A DNA stretch of 56,599 nucleotides from Octopus bimaculoides (GCF_001194135.2 NC_068982.1:53130940-53187538); one strand, 5' to 3'; positions 1-13,169 are shown, counted from the stretch's first letter. Notes: a model not told the origin generated them from the letters alone. Made by a program: numbers and translations.

Positions 1-43
<43 letters not shown>

Positions 44-60
44 TATATGTATATATATAT
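1..60. repeat. (AC)n/(AT)n microsatellite
   Basis: Direct reading of the sequence. Confidence 0.95.
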
Positions 61-870
61 CAAATAATAAACTAAAGGACGGCATAAACTATTGTTGACA
101 GTCCATAATTTCTTACATATATTAGAACTCGGAAGTTCATTGTTGGTTTAATGTGTGTGATTTTGGGTCTCTGCGCACCTTCGTGTGTGTGTGTGTGTCT
201 GCGCGCCTTCGTGTGTGTGTGTGTGTGTGAGTCTGTATTTGTTTGTTGGTATGCCAGCCATTTTTGTTTCCCCATGAGCAATGTTATATTAACGACGCTT
301 TCGTCTTTCCTTTGTGTGTAGAAGACGAGACTGTCTTATTAACTGATTAGTCGTGGAATATCTTCGTCGCCGTTTGATCTTTTTGTCCAAGCAATCTGTT
401 TTACAGACATCAACTACATTACTACAAAAGCCATTAACAATGTCTTAACCAATCAAATCGTCCCTATGTTTGTTTTTGTTGTTTATTACTTTTACTATCG
501 TTAATTACTTTTCGGTATTTTTTGCCATCTGTATTTCTTTATATTTGCTTTTTAGGGTTTTTACAGGGTAAAATTTGTTATTGGTGTTGTATTTTTGTCG
601 GGATGAAAGTAACATTTCTATGTTCTTTACGATTGATTATTGTTGCTGTTAGTTCTGGTGGTGATAGTGGTGATGGTCGAGGTAGTTGAGTCGTGTTGGT
701 GACAGTAGGGCTTCTGTAGGGAATGAAGAAAATGTGTTGGTAGTAGCGATAGTAGTGATGGTAGAATCAATAAAATCTTGGCAGTGCAGAGATGAGAGAT
801 CTCTTCTGTTTGGCTGCATCTGTGGAAATTTCAAAGTTTAGTGAAAATTTTAAAATTTGGTGGATCGATG

Positions 871-1612
871 GGATCTTTCTGATTTGGCGGACACCATTTG
901 TTTTCTAACGAAACACTTTCAAACTTGGGATACTGGTAGAATGTGTTATATAAAACATCTTTTTCTCTTAGCCTTGTTAAAAAAAGTTTCTATATTCCAA
1001 GTTATTTCATGTTAAAAGTTATCGTATTTCGGTAATTTCAACCACTCACTGACGTCTATTGAGGTGAAATCAATTACTGCTGTGGTTTGTCAACAACACG
1101 TTCTGGCGATGTAATGGGATCTTTTCCCTTGAATAAAATTACTGCCGTTGTTTGTCAACAACAATTATCGGCGGTATTGTTATTCATGACATCGTTCGTG
1201 CGTTTGTACTGGTTTTAGCTTTAGGGTTAGGGTGATGAGTATTTTTGCCAAATTTGGTGAAAAATTTGTGGCAGTGTATTGAACAGATTTTCACCAAATT
1301 TGGTAAAAATACTCATAACCTTAACCCTAACCCTAACCCTAAAACCCTAACCCTAACCCTAAAACCCTAAAGCTAAAACCAGTACAAACGCACGAACGAT
1401 GTCATGAATAACAGTAACGGCAGTTATTTTATTCAAGGGAAAAGATCCCATTACACCGCCAGAACGTGTTGTTGACAAACTACAGCAGTAATTGTTTTCA
1501 CCTCAATATACGTCAGTGATTGGTTGAAATTACCGAAATGCGACAACTTTTAACATGAAATAACTTCGAATATAAAATTTTTTCTCTGTTCTATAAGACA
1601 AAATATACAAGC
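871..1612. mobile_element. Fold-back (palindromic) non-autonomous DNA element with internal TTAGGG/CCCTAA tracts, copy 1
   Basis: About 986-1263 is the near reverse complement of about 1288-1575. TTAGGG x2 at 1221-1232, CCCTAA-type run at about 1317-1370. The left terminus GGATCTTT (871) is the reverse complement of the right terminus of copy 2 (AAAGATCC, 3731-3738). Confidence 0.8.
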
Positions 1613-1690
1613 AGGTGTATTAGTTTTAACAGTGAGGAAAAATGGAAAAGTCTTTGACGTTTCAGGCCAACTCTCATCGACAAAAAGGGA
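1613..1690 (-). mobile_element. Penelope-like terminal fragment
   Basis: Minus strand reads GATGAGAGTTGGCCTGAAACGTCAAAGAC, similar to the segments at 25360-25425 and 10620-10660. GAAACGTC is the typical PLE terminal/minimal-hammerhead motif. Confidence 0.4.
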
Positions 1691-1729
1691 TGAGAGGGAA
1701 AAAATGGAGATGGAGACCAAAAAACGTGT

Positions 1730-2075
1730 GTGTGTGTGGTAAAAAACTTGCTTCCCAATCACATGGCTACGGGTTCAGTCCCACTGTGTGGCACCTTGGG
1801 CAAGTGTCTTCTACTATAGCTTCGGGCCGATCAAAGCCTTCTGATCGTGTGTGTGTGTGTGTATATGTGTTTGTGTGTCTGTGTTTGTACTCCCACCATC
1901 GCTTGACAACCAGTGTTGGTGTGTTTACGTCCCCGTAAACTAGCGGTTCAGCATAAGGGACTGATAGAATAAGTACTAGGCTTACAAAGAATACGTCCTG
2001 GGGTCGATTTGTTCGACTAACGGCGGTGCTCCAGCATGGCCACAGTCAAATGACTGAAACAAATAAAAGAGTAAA
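1730..2075 (+). mobile_element. tRNA-derived SINE family 1
   Basis: B-box-like GGTTCAGTCCC head, internal (GT)n, tail CCAGCATGGCCACAGTCAAATGACTGAAAC; homologous to 5633-6056 and 26395-26926. Confidence 0.85.
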
Positions 2076-2415
2076 AAAATAAAAGAATTTATATACAGTA
2101 TATATATATGTGTGCGTGTGTGTATAAATGTGTGTGTGTGTGTGAATGTATGCATATGAGATGAGTGTGTGTGTGTGTGTGTGCATAACGGTGTGCGTGT
2201 GAGTGATATTTTCTTGTTTCAATCTCAATGGCTTCAGAAGTGTGTTTGTTTTGAATTTCGAACAATCAGATTTCTCTCTTATCTGCTTTACTTCAACTTT
2301 GTTACTAACCTTGCAGCTATCTGGACGTTAGCATGTTTGAAGGAAAAGAAAACAAATAAAAAACAAAATTACATTCTTACGAATTGCTTTATCTAACTTC
2401 TTTACTGACCTTCCC

Positions 2416-2472
2416 GCCGCCGCCGCCGCCACGATGACGGCGACCACGACGACCACGACCATGATCACCACA

Positions 2473-2503
<31 letters not shown>

Positions 2504-2610
2504 ATAATAATAATAATGATGATGATGATAATAATAATAATACCACCACCATCACTACACTCCTCAACATAACACCCACCAAAACCACCACACCTAACAT
2601 CACCACGTAC
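2416..2610. repeat. Compound trinucleotide repeat (GCC/ACG/ACT/AAT/GAT/ACC)
   Basis: Direct reading; explains the poly-Thr and poly-Val ORFs. Confidence 0.9.
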
Positions 2611-2699
2611 ACCATTTCCGTTTATGTGTAGCTCCTACAGCAAGTTTATTCTAGACTAATGAGGATGGAACAAAGCACAATCCCCATAACTTTTGTTGA

Positions 2700-3010
2700 T
2701 CCTCTGAGGCCGGTAGGAGTAGTTCCGTCAATGTCCCGCTTAAATCACTGCACGTTGCTGGTTGCTGATAAGAAATGAGCAAGTTTTGTGTGAGAAAAGG
2801 GATGGGTGCAGTGGTCGGAGCGAGACCTGACGGACGGACAGAACAGGAATGATAAGAAGATGAGCGATGAAAGTGTCAGGACTTCATGAGTGAAGGAGGC
2901 ACATGAGCAGCCAACCTCAAGAAACAGAGGCCATTATAGTAGCGGTAGAAAAGTGTATCAGGAGAGATCTCTAATACGCTGGCTGGACCGGGTCGGTGAG
3001 TGATTTTATA
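2700..3010 (-). mobile_element. Decayed 3' end of an L2/CR1/Jockey-group LINE ORF2
   Basis: Manual minus-strand translation with frameshifts gives LFYRYYNGLC...RSRSDHCTHPF...NVQ*FKRDI, resembling the C-terminus of this LINE group. Confidence 0.5.
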
Positions 3011-3051
3011 CCATTTAGTAGTGTGGTCTTTCTCTGAATGCTGTCAATTCT

Positions 3052-3738
3052 GTAATTTCAACCAATCACTGACGTCTATTCAGCTGAATACAGTCAGTGC
3101 TCTTTCGTAAGCAATAAATTTCCGCCGGTGTTAAGTGTGTTATTCCCTGTGACATATTTCATCCAGTTTAATCGTCGGGTTCTAGAGTTAGGGTTAGTTT
3201 TAGGGTTACGGTTAGGGTTATGATTATTTTTGCCATAACCTCACTCATAACCCTAACCCTAACCCTAACCCTAACCCTAACCCTAACCCCAACCCTAACC
3301 CTAACTCTAAAACCCGAACCCTAACCCTAAACTAGAGTTTGATTTGAAGAAGATTTGGCTGCTATTTCTAGGAGATGAAGCACTTGGTGGAAGTGCATTA
3401 ATAATTCTGGTAGCTCCAATAACAAGTGCAAGCAATATTCAAGTATTTTGATGGCTTTTTCCCCTTTGTTTACGAACAGTCTAGTTAATCGGAAATGTCA
3501 GAACTAACGGGGATTAATACCATATACACCGTCACAGCACTAACTGTATTCAACTGAATAGACGTCAGTGATTAGTTGAAATTATCGAAATAAGACAATT
3601 TTAACGTGAAATAACTGCGGATACAAACATTTTTATCTGTTCTATACCACAAAATATACAAGTATACGAAGTTTGAAAGTGTTTCGGTACCAAAAACACT
3701 ACATAAAAAAAATGTTGCCCGTCAAACCCTAAAGATCC
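3052..3738. mobile_element. Fold-back element with telomeric tracts, copy 2 (left end truncated)
   Basis: TAATTTCAACCAATCACTGACGTCTATTCAG (about 3054) is inverted at about 3550-3585. TTAGGG-like run at 3188-3220, CCCTAA run at 3248-3330. Arms are homologous to 871-1612. Confidence 0.75.
3248..3330 (-). repeat. Interstitial telomeric repeat (CCCTAA)n
   Basis: About nine near-perfect CCCTAA units followed by degenerate units. Confidence 0.9.
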
Positions 3739-4399
3739 GTGTGTACATATGTATGCCTTATTTTGCCATTTCATTTGCATAAATTTATGTATTATTTATT
3801 TATATATTAATATTTCTGCATATGCGCCTGTACCTTAGCTAAAACGATCTATTCATTTACATTAACACATACGTTATAAACTCTGCCTCCCACCCTTTCT
3901 TTCACTACCTGCCTATCTATAAGCCTCTTTTACTATCTCACACTCAGTGTTTCATTATTTCTCTCCCAATCAGCCTTTCCTTCTTTCTTTCTTCCGTTAT
4001 CGCTCACTCAGCCAGCCTCTCTTTCCCCCATTCCTTTCTCCCCCTCCTCCCTCTCTCTCTCTCTCTCTCTCTCGTGGCAGAAATATTCCTTTTTCAAAAT
4101 GCCGTATTGACATGAAGATTTATGGGAGCATGCCTACCTACATTGACTTAAAATTCTTCAGATTTAGCGCTTAGCGCTTTCCTCGCTCTACTAGCTAACA
4201 TAATACTAAAGATACAACATAAACAGCCTTAGCACTACAATAGAGCCGCACTTTTTTTCTTCTTAACTTAACACGAAATCCACACTCCTCATACAGACTC
4301 CTTGAAAAACCGGCATCTGGTCTTGATCAACGCTAAATTACACCACCCCCTATACTCGCTCACTGTTTCTTTTTTTTTTTTTTTCGCATGCCCGCATAG

Positions 4400-4450
<51 letters not shown>

Positions 4451-4984
4451 CGCGCACACACACACACACACGCAGGAACACAGATACACTGCACACGTAC
4501 ACACTCATATACGAACTTATTCACAGATACGCACGCACGCGTAGATAATCACACGAAGACGTTTATACACATGCGTATAATAGGCACGTCAACAAGCACG
4601 CTCGTGCGGGTTTTTCCCACCAATCTACAGGCGAACGTGAAGTTATCTAAATGTGTGCTGAATGCAACATCGCTGCCTCACCTACTTTCTTTTACTAATT
4701 AAAACAAAGACGGACATGCTAGATAACTTTCACACAGGCGCGCGCGCGCACTTACATCCGCGCGCGCGCGCACACATATGCGTTTATATATTCATACCTA
4801 TTTGTGTGCGTATGTATATACATATGCATATACATACATAGATGCATACATACATGCATACATACAGATAGATACCCACATACAAATGTGTGTGTATGTG
4901 ATTCTGTGTGTTCGTGCGTGTGTGTATGTGAGTCTGTGTGTTTTGCGTGTGTGTGTGTATATTCATACTTTTATTGGGGTGTGC

Positions 4985-5019
<35 letters not shown>

Positions 5020-5538
5020 NNNNNNNNNNNNNNNNNNNNNNNNNNNNNNNNNNNNNNNNNNNNNNNNNNNNNNNNNNNNNNNNNNNNNNNNNNNNNNNNN
5101 NNNNNNNNNNNNNNNNNNNNNNNNNNNNNNNNNNNNNNNNNNNNNNNNNNNNNNNNNNNNNNNNNNNNNNNNNNNNNNNNNNNNNNNNNNNNNNNNNNNN
5201 NNNNNNNNNNNNNNNNNNNNNNNNNNNNNNNNNNNNNNNNNNNNNNNNNNNNNNNNNNNNNNNNNNNNNNNNNNNNNNNNNNNNNNNNNNNNNNNNNNNN
5301 NNNNNNNNNNNNNNNNNNNNNNNNNNNNNNNNNNNNNNNNNNNNNNNNNNNNNNNNNNNNNNNNNNNNNNNNNNNNNNNNNNNNNNNNNNNNNNNNNNNN
5401 NNNNNNNNNNNNNNNNNNNNNNNNNNNNNNNNNNNNNNNNNNNNNNNNNNNNNNNNNNNNNNNNNNNNNNNNNNNNNNNNNNNNNNNNNNNNNNNNNNNN
5501 NNNNNNNNNNNNNNNNNNNNNNNNNNNNNNNNNNNNNN
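5020..5538. other. Assembly gap (example; about 15 N runs in the window)
   Basis: N run flanked by (AT)n. Confidence 0.99.
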
Positions 5539-5596
5539 TATATATATATATATATATATATGTACACACACACATTTATGTGTATATATTCATATG

Positions 5597-5632
<36 letters not shown>

Positions 5633-5633
<1 letters not shown>

Positions 5634-6056
5634 GGCGCAGGCGTGATTGTGTGGTATGAAACTTGCGCCCCAACCACATGGCTCCGGGTTCAGTCCCGCT
5701 GCGTGGCACTTTGGGTAAGTGCCTTCTACTATAGCTTCAGACCGACCAAAGCCTTGTGAATGGATTTGGTAGACGGAAACTGAAAGAAGCCCGTCGCATA
5801 TATGTATATATGCAGTATGTATGTATCTATGTTTGTCAATCTTTGTGCCTGTGTTTGTTCCTCCATCACCGCTTGACAACCGGTGTTGATGTGTTTACAT
5901 CACCGTAACATAGCGGTTCGGCAAAGAGACCAATAGACTAAGTACCAGGTTTAAGATAATAAATCCTGGGATCGATTTGTTCAGCTAAAACCCGCCAAGG
6001 TGGTGCTCCAGCATAGCCGCAGTCAAATGACTGAAACAAGTAAAAGAATAAAAGAA
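5633..6056 (+). mobile_element. SINE family 1, full length
   Basis: Head AGGCGCAGG...GGTTCAGTCCC, body and AAAAGA tail shared with other copies. Confidence 0.85.
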
Positions 6057-6306
6057 TGTGTGTGTGTCTGCGTGTGTGTGCACGTGCGCATTTAATATAA
6101 GTTTTTCCGTCCGTTTGTTTATTACTATACGTGTTTGTCTTCTGAATATATATATATATATAAATGTAAGAACTTACTGTAGTCAAGTCTGCGTGGCGTT
6201 CGATTATGAATAAATAAAATGTAAAATACACATTGTGTACAGGACATCACCAGCGAGTGAAAAATATGTAAATAAACGAGAGTATAAAGTACAAGACAAA
6301 ATACCA

Positions 6307-6590
6307 AGAGAGAGAGAAAGAGAGAGACTGACAGAAAGAGTGAAAGAGAGTAAGAGCGAGAAAGAGAGAGACAGAGAAAGAGAGACAGGCAGAAAGAGAA
6401 AGTGAGAGAAAAAGAAAGAGGGAGACAGAAAGAGAAAGAGAGAAGAAGAGAGAAAGAGAGAGAGGGGGAGAGAAAGAAAGAAAGAGAGAAAGAAAGAAAG
6501 AGAGAAAGATATATATATATATAGAGAGAGAGAGAGAGGGAGAGGGAGAGAGAGAGGGGAGAGAGAGAGGGTGAGACAGACAGAGAGAGG
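6307..6590. repeat. AG-rich polypurine microsatellite
   Basis: Direct reading. Confidence 0.9.
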
Positions 6591-7000
6591 GGAAAAAGAT
6601 AAGTTTACAATTTCTTAAAATCAATTATTGAATTCATCGAAACAAACTTATGCAGGGAGCGTTCGAAAGAAGTGCTTATATGTATATAGAATACAAGAAA
6701 ATGAGAAGGAGTGAAAACCTGTCAGCGGGAAGACGTTGAGAGATTGGCAGTAAGAAAGAGATAGAGTAAATTTTGTAAAAAGAACCGTTAAAGTATTTTC
6801 TTTCATGAAAGGTTCGGGGACATATCAGTAACTTGTTGTGATGAGCGCTAAAGAAATGTTGATTTATAAGAAAGGAATGTAACTCATAGAAAAAGACAAA
6901 ACCTTATTTACACTGTGTTTAGCAAGATCCCGAAGTTATCAAGCGGTGGAGTGGAGGCAAACACACACACACACACACACTCATATATATATGTATATAT

Positions 7001-7147
7001 GACAGGCTTCTTTCAGTTACCGTCTACCATATACACTCAAAAAGCTTTGGTCGTCCCGAGGGTATAGTAGTAGACACAAACTCAAAGTGCCGCACAGTGG
7101 AACTGAACCCAGAACCATGCAGTTGGGACGCAAGCTTCTTACCACGC
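7001..7147 (-). mobile_element. SINE family 1, 5' half
   Basis: Reverse complement matches the head of 26395-26560. Confidence 0.75.
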
Positions 7148-7509
7148 TCCACGACGGCGCGTATTGTGAAAAAATATTAAGAAATTTTATAATAATGAAC
7201 AGAGATAAAAGAAAAAGTAATATCAATGCAAAAAGTACAAAAAGTAATATAACAACGATAAAATAACAAGAAGCAAATATTTTCAAGCTTACATAAAATA
7301 CATAGATATGTATACTGAGACACAAAAGGAAGCATATATAACTGGGTGAAATTGTATGTAACAAAAGTTATGATTCTCATGCCAATGCCCTCGTCACGCT
7401 AACATATGCATCGATGTGAAAATTTACTTTTCTCGTCAACACATATACACATACAGGTATACAATATCACATTCAAACATAGTACATATAAACATATACA
7501 TATAAGCAA

Positions 7510-7907
7510 ACAAGCAGAAGTGCCCGGCGTTGCTCGGGTCTTAATTGCTTTAAAGTACTCTTAATGATTCTACTCAATTATGATTACTGAGGCAAAGATT
7601 GATATAAGTTTACGCCCAACTAATCGATTTGCGACTAGATAGAAAGCCCTGCAAAGAGCATTGCAACACTCTCAGAAGTGGGTAACAATAGAATGTGACA
7701 TGGTCCTGAAAAGGCTGTGTTATCGTTCTCACAATTGTAACAATTTGGTAGGTAGTCCTGGAAGGGTGTGTAAAACGTTCGCAGGTGAATACGGCGCCTT
7801 TAGAATATTAATTCCGATTTTTTCATCCACTAAATTTGGAATTGTGTAAATGTATAAATTTTAAACATGCATACACACAGAGAAAATCTGCCTTTTATAG
7901 ATAAGAT
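7510..7907 (+). mobile_element. Helentron-associated non-autonomous element (HINE/DINE-1-like)
   Basis: 5' ACAAGCAGAAGTGCCCGGCGTTGCTCGGG with subterminal inverted motif; 3' end ACAGAG...CCTTTTATAGATAAGAT. Same layout as 47702-49023. Confidence 0.6.
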
Positions 7908-8074
7908 ATATGTACATACATACATACATACATACATACATACATACAGTGATTTGAGATAGAGAAAAAAAATGTGTACAGTTGTGGAAATCAGCTGCCC
8001 AGCAGATGTTAACATAAAGCTAAAGATCCCCTGCAGAGGAAGATGATGGGCTTATGAAACACATTGTGGGTTAG

Positions 8075-8660
8075 GAAACCAGCTGGATCTGGCTCAAACA
8101 TTGTCAGATTTTTACCTTAATGTGATTAGCCTGGTGCGCTGTTGATCAGGTGTCAGAAGACGTGGCTACCAGCGAGCTGAAACCTTCGTCATGCTGAGTT
8201 CATTGTGCAGAATATTCCCAACTCACTCACGGAATATGCTAATAGCATTGGCTATTTGATTTATACTCAATCGCCTGTCATCTATCATCATGTGGTGAAC
8301 GCAATCAATGTTTTCCTCCGTGGCAGTTTCAGGAGGTCGAAATTTTGGGCCATCTTCAAGACAGTCCTTTCCCCTCTTAAATTCAGTTGCCCACGTTTGC
8401 ACTGTTGATAGAGCTGGAGCTTCATCCCCTGATGTAGCAATCATGTCAGCATGAATGTCCTCCTTTTTCAGTAGGTACTTGATAACACAACGATATCAAA
8501 TTTTGTCCACTTTCAAGAAAAATCGCAACCAGCTCCTTCTGATGTCTTCTTTGTGCAGTCAAATGTCAGTTTATCTGGAAAGAAAAAAATGCAGTTATTA
8601 ATAAGAAGAGATGAAATTAATGCATGCAAGATTTCACAGCCCTAGCATCACTCCTTCATA
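8075..8660 (-). pseudogene. Mariner transposase 5' fragment (HTH region)
   Basis: TWATEFKRGKDCLEDGPKFRPPETATEENIDCVHHMMIDDRRLSINQIA followed by KVSARW*PRLLTPDQ (WVPxxLT motif); internal stops; no catalytic domain. Confidence 0.85.
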
Positions 8661-9312
8661 GTCGGTCGTATATTGTGTTTTTAACACAAGAAGACGTCTA
8701 TAACGGGATTTTCCCGCAGAAAACCTTGCACCTACAAGCATTTCCACGATTTACATATGTAAAATATATCACATAAATAATGCAATACGGTTTTTTTTTG
8801 TTAACTCACTTCTTGTAAGCAGCAGGTGAACGCATCGCAATTTTTGCTGAACAACCTGCACAGGTGATTTTCTTATAGTGATCAAGTGTTTCTGCTGTAT
8901 ATTAGCAAACACCCGTCATTAAATTGATATTGCCTATGTAGGTGCACGATGTGCCTCACATCAGGTGTCGAAGTAGTCACAGAGCAAGGAAAAATGAAAT
9001 GATTTACTCGAGAACATAACGCTCATCCCAGAAATTGAAACCGCTATCTTACACTCGTGAGTGGAACACCTTAACTACCAGACCACGCACCTTCAATGTA
9101 GTATATGATATAACATATATAAAAAATACTACGGTTACCATCTTCGGAAACAAGGATGACTCGTTAGCATCTATTATGTTTTCATTAATTGATTATAGGT
9201 AATCATAATAGTTCGAGCAAATAGAGAAATTCTGTTTATCCTTCCACCTTTGTCTCAAGTGATAATCCAAAAGGTTTGTATTTTCTTCATCGAACCTGAT
9301 ATTCCCACTCTG

Positions 9313-9349
<37 letters not shown>

Positions 9350-9350
<1 letters not shown>

Positions 9351-10130
9351 TAAAGTAAACAACAGGTTGTATGGAGCGCCGCATTGATAAATCAAAGGTA
9401 GAACAGAAAGAACACAACAAACGGAAGCCAACAAAACATGCGGAAAAATAGACGATAGCATGACAAACGGCAAACAGGGTAAAAACAAGATAGATGGATC
9501 ATTTGCAGCCGATTTCCTCATCAGTCGGAGTCCGGAAAGTCCTTGTGGTTTCGTTCCCTTATCTCAGATACTACTCGAATCCAGCGGGTGCCAGAGACTT
9601 ACGCAAAAAGCATTAAGCCTCTGGGAAAGGCAAACGAATCTATACAAGAACAAAAACAGGAACAGAAACAAAAACGAGAAAGCTGGAATTATATACGTAC
9701 AACAGAATGCCTTTCGGCTATACAATAGAAGGGGGAAAATGTGCACATATACGAAAACTTCTTGTACATATTTTGTACATATACGAGATAAGTAAAGAAC
9801 AGAAAGGGTCTTTCGACCACCGGACGAACATAATGGTATGAAATAATAATGCAAGTGCAACAGAAAAAGAATTATGCATATACAATGGACAAACGCCTTT
9901 CGGCTATACAGCAAAAGGAAAATAATTGTACAATTACAACATGAATAAATAACAAAAAGGGTCTTTCAACTATCAGACGAGCGTAGTAAGCTGATGTAAA
10001 GGAAAAACAGAAAAATGGAAAATCTTAACAGACCGGGTGGGAGGACAGACGGACGCGACCCACCTGAAAGGCGGTTGGTCGAAAAAGGACGACAATGCCT
10101 TAACCGGACAGCGATCACGTGGTAGGAGAG
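9350..10130 (-). repeat. Unclassified repeat with an internal duplicated unit and palindromic GAAA hairpins, possibly PLE terminal repeats
   Basis: GCCTTTCGGCTATAC at 9709 and 9895; GGTCTTTC(G/A)AC at 9807 and 9960; TCATCAG (CUGAUGA on minus) near 9519. Confidence 0.4.
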
Positions 10131-10529
10131 AGAAGGAGATGAAGAGGGCAGAGGGACTAAGGAATAGGAGAGAAAGGAAAGAAATCAGAGGGTTTAAAGA
10201 ATGAAAGGGAAGGGGGATAGAGGAAAAGAGAGGGAACAAGGTACGAGGGAAGCAAGTGAGGAAGGAAAGCAAAGGGATTGAAAGACAAGAGGGAGAGGGA
10301 AGGGATTAGGGAATACGAGAGAAAGAAAATGAAATCAAAGGGACTGAGGAATGTGGGGGAAGGGAAGAGAGAGAGACAGAAAGAGAGAGAAAGGAGAGAG
10401 AGAAAGAAAGAGACCAATAGAATTAATACTAGGCTAACAAGTCCTGGGGTCGATTTGTTCGACAAAAAGGCGGTGTTGCAGCATGGCTGCAGTCAAATGA
10501 CTGATAAAAGAATACATATATATATATAG

Positions 10530-10788
10530 TTAAAAAAAACACAAAGAACCATAACAAAATACAACAAAGTGAGGACGTGATACAGATAGTGTTATTGGAC
10601 GCTCGGGAAAGGAAGGAGAGAGAGTATGACGTTTCGGGCGGAGCCCTTCGTTGGAAAGACAGAAAGTTCGGAGAATGGAAAAACGGAGGAAGAGGAAAAT
10701 GGCACCGATGCCCACGAGGTTATATATATATATATACATGGTTTATTTAAAAGCAGCAGAAATATAACAAAAAACTGTTACTCGGAGT
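10530..10788 (-). mobile_element. Penelope-like terminal fragment
   Basis: Minus strand has ACGAAGGGCTCCGCCCGAAACGTCA; related to 25330-25425. Confidence 0.4.
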
Positions 10789-11072
10789 NNNNNNNNNNNN
10801 NNNNNNNNNNNNNNNNNNNNNNNNNNNNNNNNNNNNNNNNNNNNNNNNNNNNNNNNNNNNNNNNNNNNNNNNNNNNNNNNNNNNNNNNNNNNNNNNNNNN
10901 NNNNNNNNNNNNNNNNNNNNNNNNNNNNNNNNNNNNNNNNNNNNNNNNNNNNNNNNNNNNNNNNNNNNNNNNNNNNNNNNNNNNNNNNNNNNNNNNNNNN
11001 NNNNNNNNNNNNNNNNNNNNNNNNNNNNNNNNNNNNNNNNNNNNNNNNNNNNNNNNNNNNNNNNNNNNNNNN

Positions 11073-11116
<44 letters not shown>

Positions 11117-11912
11117 AAAGAAAACAAAAAAATGGAACAGGAGCGTAGCAGGCGACAACAAAACATCCAGACAGTTAGACGATACAGAAAAAGAACAGGA
11201 AAAAACAAGAACGCGTCATTCGGAGCTTTCTATCCTCAGTCAAGTTCTAGATTATCTCAGAAAATTCGGCCGACGCAAGTTTATATATACATATATGCAT
11301 ATATGCATATGTGAATGTATGTATGTATGTATGTATGAATGTATGTATGTATTCACGTATGTAGGTATTTATGCGCGCGCGTGTGTATGCGCGTATAGGT
11401 ATGCATTTAACAATTGTATCTCGATGAATCGTTGACACAACGTAAATAACTGAATGTGTTCTAGTCAATGTTAAAATATGTGAAATAATTGCTTGTAACT
11501 CTATACGTTCCATAGAAGAAGTTTTATTGAATACAAATACGTTGAATAACTTTAGAAAATGCTGTTCATACGCTTGCGCATAAGCACAATTATTTGCTCA
11601 CTCTAACACAATCGCTGACAAGGATAAGCTTAAGTAATTTTTCTTGTAATTCTTTAGAGTTTGCTTGTATTCATTTTAGTATTCTTTTCAAGGTTTTAAA
11701 GCTAAATGTTGATGTTCTCGTGGTCGTTAAATTAAATGTTGTTATTACACTTATAAAGTAAATTATATTTATGTTTATAATAACACACATACCATTAAAT
11801 ACAGCTATGTTGCAGAGAAAGAAATATCATATAGATACTTAGAATATATGTTATTTTAAATTCGAATTATGCAATAGAAGCAGCTCCATTATAAAAATAT
11901 CATCAACACAAT

Positions 11913-12014
11913 ATACTTAATGTATGCGTGTTATTTAATCGCCAGAAGCTGCGGTTTTCCGCCCGGGAAAAATGTATTTAAAGACGTATTCTGCTAAAAA
12001 CAAACCCAGTATAT

Positions 12015-12061
<47 letters not shown>

Positions 12062-12143
12062 CAACACCACACGTGTTTAAAGAGTTTTCCTGGACGAAAA
12101 TCTGCAGCTTCTGGTGTTTAGGGAATACACATACATTAAGTAT
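11913..12143. mobile_element. MITE with about 70-bp imperfect TIRs
   Basis: ATACTTAATGTATG...CCAGAAGCTGC is inverted as GCAGCTTCTGG...CATACATTAAGTAT. Confidence 0.7.
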
Positions 12144-13130
12144 GTAGCATTGATAATATATTATTTTGCTTAACCCTAGGTTAAAGCTGATCTAAGAGGA
12201 GTATGATCACAGATATTCTAAACATTGCCGTCCAGTGTTTTGTATATTCAGAACAACATTCTCCAGTGTGTTCATTATTTCAATAAGTCGATACTTTGGG
12301 TGAGATTTAAATGAGACTCGACAGCTACTTCTAACAGGTCGTGTAATCGCATAGAGGCTCAATCGTTGGTTTGTAATTAGAATATATAGACATGATAAAT
12401 GAGTTGAATAAACTTTAGTGAAAATGTTTATGAGATTAAACTAAGCTGCGGTTACTAGGTCAAAAGTAAAATTACACTGCACATAAGTGGTTTCTTTATA
12501 ATATTTCTGTATTTAACATTGAAAACTTCTACTTTAAATATATTCTCCACAATATGACTGTTGATGTTGTTGCTTTCACCCTATCGAGAAACCAAAGACT
12601 AAAGGCGTTAAAGGCGTTCCAATCGTGATCGTCCTGTCCTTTTGAGGCGTCCCTAGCTACTTCATGTAATATACCCTTTTTGAAAACAGCATCGCTTAAG
12701 GTAAGAGTGGGGAAACTCTCGCATGCATTCAAGTTTGGAAGTTAATTGCCGACGTAGTTTCTAAGATCCCATTTTAATAGAAATTTTAAACTGGAAAGCG
12801 GCAGAAACGATGTAAGCCAAGCAATAATTTACTATGAATTGCATAATAATGCATTTATAAATTTCAACATTCCTTATATTTTTCTACGCAACTACGACAT
12901 ATATCTCTTCTGATATACGCTTGTAATCTGATCTCGATATTGGAAAAGTTCCGCAACATCGACATGGAGGCTGAAGAAGTTAAAAGTCTGTGGTTTGTGC
13001 AAAAAACAACGAATGTTATCCATAAACCAGAGAAAGAAATGAAAGCGGTTAGGTAAGGGAAGAGAGATAGGGGAGAAGTAGGAGGAGGAAAGTGTGTGTG
13101 TATGCGTGTGTGTGTGTGTGTGTGTGTATG

Positions 13131-13169
<39 letters not shown>

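Noticed and set aside
1221-1370. Head-to-head TTAGGG/CCCTAA as a chromosome end-fusion scar
   Set aside because: The tracts lie symmetrically inside a palindromic element that recurs at 3052-3738.
4778-5879. Long ORFs containing X runs (also at 10.6-11.2, 21.3-23.3, 33.3-34.9, 36.0, 38.1, 44.8, 47.9-49.6 and 55.3 kb)
   Set aside because: They are open only because they cross N gaps and microsatellites.
9505-9560. CUGAUGA on minus near 9519 (and plus near 25737) as intact hammerheads
   Set aside because: No properly placed stem II-GAAA-stem III-NUH follows.
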